Shown here one piece after another: positions 1-8,893 of a stretch of 20,000 nt of DNA. The position numbers and the translations under genes are program-made. The stretch is from contig NC_057718.1 of assembly GCF_004010195.1 (NCBI RefSeq), forward strand, positions 67,171,301 through 67,191,300. Reading direction: 5' to 3'. Under the pieces are notes generated by a model. It had not been told where the DNA came from. It saw only the letters and a list, made by a program, of their open reading frames with translations, and ran no database searches. The stretch's first letter is position 1; the number at the start of each line of letters is the position of its first letter. The DNA comes from Chiloscyllium plagiosum. Its lineage: Eukaryota.

Positions 1-799
1 TTCCACATAAGCTATGGTTGGACAGGCTCAGTTAAAAATTCCCTGCATCAGAAAATTCCTGTCATCTATGCCACCCTTGAAAGACTTACACATCCTGTAT
101 CCTGTGCACTCATCTGTGCAGCAGCGGGAGCCTCTCTATGCTCTCTAACCTCCTCCATTCACTGCACTCTTTTCCTAATGAATTCTAGGGCTTCAAGGTC
201 CACAATCTCTGGGAAACACTTTGTGGAAAATGCAGCAAATCACTGCAATGACTGAAAGTCTTGCAGAAGGGATTACAAGGCACCACCAGAATATTTCAGA
301 TACCTGAACTATATCTTCAGAAGCATAATGGCCTGTTCAATGGGTTTCCTAACAAACAGGGTTGTTGTATCACCTCTACCCCTGCTGCGACTCTCAAAGA
401 GAAGTTAGCAGCCACTCCCTAAAGGGATAGTTCATGTTGCTTAGGATTTATCCAAACAATCTGGGATACCCAGACTGAAGATGTCGGTGATTTGAACTGG
501 TTAGAGACTGAAGAGATTTTATATGTATTGGGTATGCAATGTCCGTTTGAGAGAAAGGGTCAGCTGACCCAGAGATAAGAACTATATGGGCAGTCTAAGA
601 CTGACAGAGGAGCTGAGAGTTCACACAATAAAGTATTCCTTGTTCTAGTTTACCCTCCATGTACTGAAAGTTCTATTTATGGTTCTAATGAACCATCAAC
701 ACGATAATTTCCAGTTATATTTTGTTTGTTTCATATCACTATGCACATTTTTCTCCCTTTTGGGGAACAGTGGAGAAGTGTTAGAAGGAGTAGGAATCT

Positions 800-905
800 C
801 TAGAATCACATCATGAGTGTTCTTTTTGTGGTCATCAAGTTCTGGAGTGGAACTTGATTCCAGAGCTTCTAATTCAGAGGCAGAAGTACAATATACAGAA
901 CAACA
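800..905 (-). mobile_element. Degenerate tRNA-derived SINE 5' head
   Basis: Minus strand reads TACTTCTGCCTCTGAATTAGAAGCTCTGGAATCAAGTTCCACTCCAGAACTTGATGACC, resembling a decayed tRNA-like SINE head with a B-box-like GGAATCAAGTTCC. Recognised by resemblance; boundaries approximate. Confidence 0.45.
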
Positions 906-1440
906 GAATTGCTTCTTGTTGTGGCTACAGAGCAGTTTAATATTGAGGTTGTGGCATCCTCCTTCTTGTTGACGAATTTCACTAGTCAGTCAGTTGGTGC
1001 TTTGATTACTCGGTGGGTGACCTGCAGTGATGACATGGCTCTTGTAAGATTTCATCAAAGTCCATAGTTAATCCTTGAAGGGACACATGAGCAAATTCAT
1101 TCTAGGTCACATGGATTGTGATGCCCCTACCAGAGAACAGTGACCAGTGCTGCAAGTTGAGGAGATCTTGAATGTCTCTGAGCCACCTGAAGAGTCACAG
1201 TCCCCTGAAACACTACAGCTTAGTAATCTCAAGGTGCAGCTCCATCTTCACCACTAGAGTCTATATTAAGTGTGTGGCCTCCGTGCCCTCCTTTATTCTT
1301 TTTTGTTGTCCTGTTGTTTAGGAGTGAATGGTATTGCCCCTCATTGTCACTAGATCCAAATTGCAGCACTCTAATCCCATTGCCAGTGGGAGCCTTCCTT
1401 CTAACCAGGTGGATGCCCAACCATTCTTAGTAACTCTGTG

Positions 1441-1564
1441 GTAAAAACAATGGCTGCAGATGCTGGAAACCAGAGTCTAGATTAGAGTGGTGCTGGAAAA
1501 GCACAGCAGTTCGAGGAGCAGTAAAATCAATGTTTCGGGCAAAAGCCCTTCATCAGGAAAGAGC
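1441..1564 (-). mobile_element. Short Penelope-like (pLTR-derived) insertion flanked by a 16-bp target-site duplication
   Basis: TCTTAGTAACTCTGTG is repeated exactly at 1425-1440 and 1565-1580. The insert carries a hammerhead-like core on the minus strand and is homologous to both arms of 6362-6577. Confidence 0.75.
1528..1557 (-). ncRNA. Minimal hammerhead ribozyme motif (PLE type, probably decayed)
   Basis: Minus strand: C-CTGATGA-A-GGGC-TTTT-GCCC-GAAA-C-ATT, i.e. CUGANGA and GAAA core boxes around a 4-bp stem II with a tetraloop; stem III is minimal. Confidence 0.6.
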
Positions 1565-1734
1565 TCTTAGTAACTCTGTGTCCTGCTCTTTCACCTCCAC
1601 AATGAAGGGAGGTGCTAACTAAGTTAAAAAGATGAGTGACTTTTCTCCTTGTCATTTGCTTAACATCAAGGGCACCCCCTCTCCTAGGAGTGGGACATCT
1701 CTTTGCCCTTCTGAACATTTTGAGACTGCTTTTT

Positions 1735-2054
1735 GATTAGATTAGATTACTTACAGTGTGAAAACAGGCCCTTTGGCCCAACAAGTCCATACCGACCCGC
1801 CGAAGCGCACCCACCCAGACCCATTCCCCTACATCTAACACTACGGGCAATTTAGCATGGCCAATTCACCTAACCTGCACATTTTTGGACTGTGGGAGGA
1901 AACCAGAGCACCCGGAGGAAGCCCACGCTGACACGGGGAGAATGCGCAAACTCCACACAGTCATTCGCCTGAGGCAGGAATTGAACCCGGGTCTCTGGCA
2001 CTGTGAGGCAGCAGTGCTAACCACTGTACCGCCCACTGTGCCACCGTGCCACCC
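1735..2054 (-). mobile_element. HE1-type V-SINE (tRNA head, V-domain, CR1/HER1-derived 3' tail)
   Basis: A box TGGCACAGTGG (2043-2033), B box GGTTCAATTCC (1987-1977), V-domain GTGTGGAGTTTGCGCATTCTCCCCGTGTC...GGTTTCCTCCCACAGTCC, CR1-like end TTGGGCCAAAGGGCCTGTTTTC and (TCTAA)n tail at 1735-1749. Confidence 0.95.
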
Positions 2055-2269
2055 GCTGCTGTGATGCTATGGGGCACAATGCCCACCTCACCTAAGCTGA
2101 GATTTTTCAGAATGCATGAATAACCTGTATCCCTCTAAAAATTAGATCTTTCACCACTTAGAAACACTTACTCATCTGAACTGTGATGAACTTTATCTTA
2201 ATTTTACTTTTTTAAAATTATTATGCATGACTTCTATCATTGATGTAAGTTCCGTGGTGGGCAATTTAT

Positions 2270-2340
2270 AGAACTTTTCGCTGTATTTTTAATTTAAAAT
2301 AAATTGACAATAAATTTCTATTCTATTCTACTCTATTCTT
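2270..2340 (+). repeat. Possible 3' end of an old non-LTR element with (TTCTA)n tail
   Basis: CTTTTCGCTGTA...TGACAATAAA followed by TTCTATTCTATTCTACTCTATTCT, the typical layout of a LINE/SINE 3' end. Confidence 0.35.
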
Positions 2341-2729
2341 TTAACTGTGTTAGGAGGTTTAATGGAGACACATGAGAATCCTTCCACTGTGCTGGTGAAT
2401 ATTGCCAATGTCAGAAACAGTATCTTCTGGTACCAACATTGTTGAACCTCCTGTCTCTGTTTCCAATTTTAGGGGCACCTAAAATTCAGTTTGGAGTGCC
2501 TGATCATTATACTAGTTAAGGTATTATATTAAGAAAAAAACACTTTCAAGGACGTTGGGAGCATGGATTTATAAAATTAATCAGAAATGCACAGTTCAAA
2601 AATCCCTAAAGTCAAGAGATTTTTCAGAATATGTTCAGTGTCTTCTTGATCTAGGGAACTCTCAGCAGTCTTGCTAAAGTCAGGAGTTTAAAAGCAGGTA
2701 ATTTACCGCAATTTCATTTATTTCTTTTG

Positions 2730-2925
2730 GTAAGGCAAATGCAGTACAACAAAGCTTTCTCTGAGAAATATGACATTTCAGTTGAGAGGACGTCTCGCGC
2801 AACACAGAGATAGGCACTGTCATCTGTAAGAAAAAAGGCTCTAGCTCTAGATCAAACATTAGGGAGATCAGTTAATCTGTAGTAAAAAAAAGTGGGCCAA
2901 GGACAGAGCCCTGAGGGATGGAAGC
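2730..2925 (-). mobile_element. Ancient LINE reverse-transcriptase remnant (CR1/L2 superfamily)
   Basis: Minus-strand translation gives IPQGSVLGPLFF (2919-2884), then NDLP-like and TDD (decayed YADD/FADD, ~2827-2819) with frameshifts. Confidence 0.6.
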
Positions 2926-3308
2926 AGATAGACGTTCTTTGAGAAATCCAGTCCTGCTGAAATGTTACAGTATTTAAAAATCTAAATTCCTATGGAGCAA
3001 GCAGAACAAATTGGAAATGGTGTTGCTTTTTTTTAAAGATTGAATAACACAGAAATACTGGAAGAAAAGTTAAAGTTAATTGAGTGTGTAAGAAAATTAT
3101 ATAGAATACATAACAAAAAAAGTTAATACAATAAAACAAAACATAGTCCACAGTAAAATTCTTCTTATTAAATAATTGATATGTATGTATATCGCGCTAT
3201 CATAGTCTTGAAACAAATTCTTTGTAAATCTATGTCTAAAAATATTGGTGCTATAACAATTTTAGTCATAGAAAATACAGTCATAAATCTGTGATGTAAA
3301 ATAATGAG

Positions 3309-3377
3309 GATGGGACTAAATCCTTTGAAACAAGTTGGACCGATGGGTCTGTTTTCATGCTGTACATCTCTATGACT
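3309..3377 (+). mobile_element. CR1 LINE 3' terminal fragment
   Basis: CAAGTTGGACCGATGGGTCTGTTTTCATGCTGTACATCTCTATGACT matches the 3' ends of the CR1 copies at 6595, 19160-19470 and 19654. Confidence 0.75.
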
Positions 3378-4127
3378 TTATATATACAGGTCTCCATGGG
3401 CACTTTACAATAACATGTATGAACCATATTTTTAAATATTCAAGTTGACTCCTTGTGGGAGCCAAGTGCTAACAGCTGGAATCAGTTCCTAACAGAAATG
3501 AAAATCAAACATATCCAGCCTATTGTGGAATATTTGATGAGAAGAAGATCCATGCCACATTTATTGTTTGTATGCTTCTCCAGGGGAAAGATAGATTTTT
3601 TTAAGGGAACATTTCTTGTTTTATTGTGGAAAGTTGGAAATGAGCCATGATTAACACATGCCATGCACCAGGAATTGGAATATTAAGCGTAATTTCCAGG
3701 CACTGACTTTTTGAAGTCCATTTAGTATTTGCTGACACAAATCTATGTAATCAGACTCCTGCTGCAAGCCTCTCTGTACTGGTCCCACTCCTTCTGAGTC
3801 CAGTAATTTATAAATGAGATAGGCCCTCTTCCCAATCAGTACTAAAATCTGGAATTGCAATCTGTGTGCAAGGAGTGTTCCACGCAAAGTATGCATTGGC
3901 AGTCATTAGCACTAGAATTGAAAACCATAGCTAACAGTAGATGTTTAGATGTTAGAAGCACAGTTTGGCTGAATACATTTGCATGTTGTGATTTGCTGTT
4001 ATTCCACAATTGACAAAACATGCTGAACAATCCTGAGTGTGTTAATGGTGACTCTATAGGAAACCATTCTACGCAAATAAAAGTTCATGCCTTTAAGATT
4101 AACTGAATTATCCAAGAATTTGGGAGC

Positions 4128-4940
4128 TGTGGGGTTGTGCTCAAATAACGACCGCAGTCAGCGAGTGGTGAAAATAGCCTCTTTTATTCAGTAGCACAGC
4201 ACAAATTCAAGGCGGCAATAGCATCTTGAAATATAGTACTCACAAGAGCCCCTTTATACACAGTTCTTACATTACATTGCTATGGTGTTACATTGTTTTA
4301 TCTATAGTACACTGAGGTTTAAAGGGATTCTGTCCTAGGAGAAAGGCGATGGGTTAAAACATGCTAAATACTGGCTTCTAATTCTGATGGGGTTAAGAAT
4401 GTCTGTCCGGTCTGCTTGCGTAATTAAGAGGTTTTAGTCCTTTTGTCTTTTAAGTTAGTAAGTGTTAGTAAAAATACTGGGCCTATATGCTCTTAACAAG
4501 TTAAAAATTGTAAATGTACTTAATAAAAGAATACAGGGTATTAAACTGATTACCAGGGTTGTGAGATCTGTTTACTATTTGCCGGTGTGAGTTTCATTCA
4601 TTCATGGAAGCGTTGTTAGTTTCTTTAAGGGATAATGGCCCAGTTTAAAGATATTTAACAGGTACATACTAATTGGGGAATCTATTCAGATCCAAGAGAT
4701 GGTTGGTAATGGCTGATTAATATTATAAATGTTTCATGGAGACATGATGATAGGGCTGGTATTGTTCTGTATGTTACACTTATTCAGAGGTAAACACTGC
4801 TTGTAGCAAGGGCTGATAAGGTGTGAAAATACAGTAACGGGTTTGAAAGGATTGTTTTGATTAGAAAGGATTGTTTTAATTAGAAAGGGTTGATTGAATT
4901 TGGTCTGTTTTATGACAGTAAAATAGACTACAAAACCACA
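4128..4940 (-). mobile_element. Probable solo LTR
   Basis: Minus-strand order: tandem repeats, TATAAA (~4258-4253), AATAAA (~4189-4184), ...CCCCACA end at 4128. The start is TGT at 4917 (TGTCATAA) or 4940 (TGTGGTTTTGTA, an imperfect inverted match to TGTGGGGTTGTG at 4128). No TSD identified. Confidence 0.5.
4845..4900. repeat. 19-bp tandem repeat, about 3 copies
   Basis: GAAAGGATTGTTTTGATTA (4845-4863), GAAAGGATTGTTTTAATTA (4864-4882), degenerate GAAAGGGTTGATTGAATT. Confidence 0.9.
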
Positions 4941-5009
4941 GTTTTATGAATGAATTAATTAAACCGTGCTATAGTAAAGAATGGATTAGTAAAGAGTGCA
5001 AAATGAAAA

Positions 5010-5620
5010 GATTCATCTTTCTGTCTTCCTTTTCAGCAATATTTCCAAGCTTTGCATCATTTAAAAATATTCTTTTCCATTTTTATGATCAAAATAATAT
5101 TCTCTCACTTCCCCATATTATTCTCCACCTGCCACCTTGTGGCCCATTCACTTAACCTGTCTATGCCTCTTTGCAGCATTTGTGTTATGTCTTATGGTTT
5201 CATTTGTCTTCTTATGTTCTCACTTGTTTGCAAATACTGATATATTCCTCTTTATTTATATTATATTGTTAATAAATTGTAGGTAGCTCTGGTGACACTG
5301 AATTTATCTCAGCCTGCCAATTTGAAAATGCCCCATTCAGCCCAATATTTTGCTTTTTGCCTGTTAGTCAGTATTCTATCTCTGCGAATATGTTATCACG
5401 AATACTTGGTATCTTGTATTAACCTTTAAAGTGGCACCTGATTGAAATCCTTCTGGAAAACCAAACATATAACATCTACTGGTTCACCTTTATCTATTCT
5501 ACTTATCATATCCACAAAAATTCTAATAATGTTGTCAAATGTGATTTCTCTGTCTGAAATCCATGTTTACTCTGCTTAATTGTATTATGTTCTCAGTGTC
5601 TATTACATTGTTTCTAGTAA
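5010..5620 (-). mobile_element. Old CR1 ORF2 (RT) fragment
   Basis: Minus strand encodes SKHGF...KSHLTTLLEF and RIDKGEPVDVICLVFQKDFNQVP, a decayed QHGF...SCLTNLLEF...VDVIYLDFQKAFDKVP, with stops and frameshifts. Confidence 0.85.
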
Positions 5621-6361
5621 CTAACCAGTAGATTCCTGCTTTTTCTTGCTCCTTCTGGGGACTAGATTCTTGAAAATTAAAATCAAAGATCAATGCGTCT
5701 ACTAACTCTGCGGCTGCCCGTATTAAATTTCTATAATACCACTGATCAGTGGGTTTGCTGTCATTCATGTTAGGTTTGTATCTTCCCTGCCAGAGGTTGC
5801 AAAGATGAGGATGAAACATTAAATTCAGTGGGTTGTTGAAACAGTTGCCCCTGCACCACTGGAATTTACCAGGAATTGGAATGGGTAGTCTGCCTACCAA
5901 TTGAGGGCTTAATCAGTGGCAAGAAAAGCTCAGTCCTAGTGACCAGTCCAATAGGTTTCCCTGAATGGGTTGGTGGTGAATAAGGAGGTCTTATTAGGCT
6001 CACTGACACTCTGGAACCCCAAATAAATGATACTCTGCCAGGTGCTCAGCCTTTTGGGACTCTCAAACATCAGACCCCATGCCTCTTGTTATGACCCCCA
6101 AACACTTACCAAGTCTCAGTCTAGCTGTGTATGCCATCTCTAGCCCTGAATACAATATTGGGAATGTCCCCCAATCACAGGGATGCTACCATTACCAGAG
6201 AGCTGCCATCCTCTACATGGTCAACAACTCTGAGGCACAAATTCCTGTTTCTCAAGGGTGGTGACCCCCACCTCAACTCCTTTAATGGCAGCCATTTTGA
6301 GTATTGGAATTCTTTTTAGCTGGGATGGATTGAGGACTATGGTATACTATAAAATATAGCA

Positions 6362-6577
6362 GGAGAAAGTGAGGACTACAGCAGCTGGAGATCAGAGTTG
6401 ACAGTATGGTCCTGAAAAAGTACACCAGGTCAGGCAGCAACCGAGGAGCAGGAGAATTGAGGTTTCGAGCATCAGCCCTTTATCAGGAATGAAGAGCATA
6501 TTCGCAAAACCTCAATTCTCCTGCTCCTTGGATGTTGCCTGACCTGCTGTGCTTTTCCAGCACCACACTGTCGACCG
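6362..6577. mobile_element. Palindromic (inverted dimer) Penelope-like pLTR insertion with 12-bp TSD
   Basis: TAAAATATAGCA at 6350-6361 and 6578-6589. Arms ~6397-6484 and ~6489-6575 are inverted copies with a perfect 22-bp core (6444-6465 / 6507-6528). Homologous to 1441-1564. Confidence 0.8.
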
Positions 6578-6594
6578 TAAAATATAGCACTAAC

Positions 6595-7365
6595 AGTCAT
6601 AATGTCATAGAGATGTACTGCACAGAAGCAGAACCCTTTGGTCCACTTGCCCATGCCAACCAGATATCCCAACCTAATCTAGTCCCACTTGCCAGCCGTG
6701 CAGCTCATATCCCTCCAAACCTTTCCTTTTCATATACTGATCCAGATGCCTTTTAAATATTGCAATTGTACCAGCTTCCACCACTTCCTCTGGCAGCTCA
6801 TTCCAAACATGCATCACCCTCTGCATGAAAACGTTGCCCCTTAGGTCTCTTTTATATCCTTTCCCTCTCATCCTAAACCTATGCCTTCTAGTTCTGGACT
6901 CTCCCACCCCAGGGAAAAGACCATGTCTATTTACCCTATCCATGTCTTTTATGATTTTATAAACCTCTATAAGGTCACACCTTAGCCTCCGATGCTCCAG
7001 GGAAAACAGCCCCAGCCTATTCAGCCTCTCCCGATAGCTGAAATCCTCCAACCCTGACAACATCCTTGTAAATCTTTTCTGAAGATTCTGAAGATTCAAG
7101 TTTCACAACACCCTTCGATAGGAAAGAGACCAGAATTGCTTGCAATATTCCAAAAGTGGCCTAACTAATGTCCTGTACAGCCGCAACATGACCTCCTAAC
7201 TCCTGTACTCAATACTTTGACCAATAAAGAAAAGCATACCAAATGCAGCCTTCACTATCCTATCTATCTGTGACTCCACTTTCAAGGAGCTATGAACCTG
7301 CACTCCAAGGTCTCTTTGTTCAGCAACACTCACTAGAACCTGACCATTAAGTGTACAAGTCCTTA
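6595..7365 (-). mobile_element. 5'-truncated CR1 LINE (ORF2 C-terminus and 3' UTR)
   Basis: ORF 6674-7099 QKRFTRMLSGLEDFSYRERLNRLGLFSLEHRRLRCDLIEVYK...VWNELPEEVV, with a CR1 3' end and CTATGAC-type tail. Confidence 0.95.
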
Positions 7366-7369
7366 AGAT

Positions 7370-7680
7370 CCAATTTTTCTAATACTTTATCTCTATTACT
7401 AACAATTTATTCAAATTCTTTGTTCTTGCTAAATTCTTGGCTCCCCATTATTCACAGAACGTTGTCATTTTTAATGTCTCTACCATTTCCGTATACGCCA
7501 TTCTTATTTCAGCTGTCCCCATCATTAATGGGCCTTATTTTATTTTTGCTATTAACATATATTTAGAAATGTTTAAAGTGCATTTTTCTGTCTCCTACTA
7601 GTCTACTCTCATTTTTTCTTTTTTCTCTTTCTTTGAGCTTCTGAACCTTCCAACTAAAATCCTCCAAATTTTTGAGAATT
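7370..7680 (-). mobile_element. Highly decayed older CR1 ORF2 fragment
   Basis: Pyrimidine-rich stretch resembling the reverse complement of the CR1 ORF2 linker region (e.g. GGGCCTTATTTT...ATATTTAGAAATG...CTAGTCTACTCTCA); no intact frame. Confidence 0.45.
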
Positions 7681-7949
7681 TCTGTTTCAATCAAGAGTTT
7701 GCTCCCATTTTTGTGAGAGTGTTAAATCTGAACAGAATGTACATATGCTGCAGATGAAGTATTAACTCTTCAAAGGTTAGTAATTCTTATTTACTGTCAT
7801 GTCTAGTCATTTCTGGTAAATGGGAAATGACAAAAGATCTGACTACACAGAAAATTATTTCCATGATATTGTACAAATAACTTCATTCACTGTTTTCTTT
7901 CAAATTCTGTTCCCTCCTCCCTCACAAAGTATTTAAGTAGCAGAAATAT

Positions 7950-8240
7950 ATAGAACATAGAACATAGAAGAATACAGCGTAGTACAGGCCCTTTGGCCCT
8001 CGATGTTGCGCCAATCCAAGCCCACCTAGCCTACACTAGCCCACTATCCTCCATATGTCTATCCAATGCCCACTTAAATGCCCATAAAGAGGGAGAGTCC
8101 ACCACTGCTACTGGCAGTGCATTCCATGAACTCACGACTCGCTGAGTAAAGAACCTACCCCTAACATCTGTCCTATACCTACCACCCCTTAATTTAAAGC
8201 TATGCCCCCTCGTAATAGCTGACTCCATATGTGGAAAAAA
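7950..8240 (-). mobile_element. Short 5'-truncated CR1 3' fragment
   Basis: ORF 8031-8228 TRGHSFKLRGGRYRTDVRGRFFTQRVVSSWNALP, with a (TTCTATG)n tail at 7950-7969. Confidence 0.95.
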
Positions 8241-8506
8241 TAGGGCAACATAATTTGAGTTTTGCCCCAGATCTTCCTGTGTTAGTCATTGCTTATTGTT
8301 ATTCCAGTCCCATTTCTGGATCTGATTTCCCCAGTACCACACACATTAAGTCTGGATAATTCTGATATTCTCTAGTCTTACTGCTCACAGCTCTGCTGCA
8401 CCTGCAGTTTGCCTGTATGTGGACAGCATTTGGATGGGACTGGGTACTAATTGATTAGATTTCAGAGCTGCCAGTGACCACACATTAATGTAAAAGATTC
8501 CATTTC

Positions 8507-8802
8507 ACTACAGGAGTTCAAGAGGCTGAACAATGACTTCTAAGTGATAGATGTTGTGGGTTTGGGAGGTGCTGTTGAAGGAGCCTAGATGAAAGTCTGC
8601 AGTGATTTGTTTTATATTTACAGTGTGCACTCCTGCCACTGTGCACTGATTGTGGAGGGAATGAATCTTTGACTTGGTGAATAAAGTGTCAGTTGAGTGG
8701 GTTGTTTCGTCCTGGTTGGCATTGAGCTTCTTGAGTGTTGTTGGAGATACCCTCATGCAGGAAATTGGAGAGTATTCCATTATCCTTCTGATGTGAGCCA
8801 TG
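8507..8802 (-). mobile_element. Older LINE (CR1/L2 superfamily) ORF2 C-terminal region, downstream part of a split element
   Basis: MAHIRRIMEYSPISCMRVSPTTLKKLNANQD...SLHNQCTVA resembles the LINE motif YKAQVRSVMEYSP...LDTIQ...SLHHRRTVA, and joins in frame to 12761-12990. Confidence 0.8.
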
Positions 8803-8893
8803 AACATAGAACATAGAACAGTACAGCATAGTACAGGCCCTTTGGCCCACAATATTGTGCTGAGCATTTATCTTAATCTAAGATCAATCTAAC

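Noticed and set aside
930..1160. Faint resemblance of the minus strand to a Harbinger transposase C-terminus (YKSHVIT...RVIK)
   Set aside because: Too degenerate; no catalytic motif or TIRs can be read with confidence.
1977..2054. tRNA-like sequence with A and B boxes
   Set aside because: It is the head of the V-SINE, not a tRNA gene.
3453..4030. Cluster of short ORFs and a good acceptor (cttctccag at 3582)
   Set aside because: No convincing donor, no recognisable protein, and the composition looks intronic.
4845..4900. Short repeats as a CRISPR-like array
   Set aside because: Adjacent tandem copies with no spacers, in a eukaryotic context.
5860..6340. Possible decayed non-autonomous DNA transposon (similar-looking patches at 8270-8500 and 18260-18500)
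   Set aside because: Could not define TIRs, TSDs or alignable homology by eye.
7754..7821. Two further microexon candidates (7754-7775 with donor gttagt; 7807-7815 TCATTTCTG with donor gtaaat)
   Set aside because: Phase-compatible with the downstream chain, but the acceptors are weak and such short matches arise by chance; needs RNA-seq.
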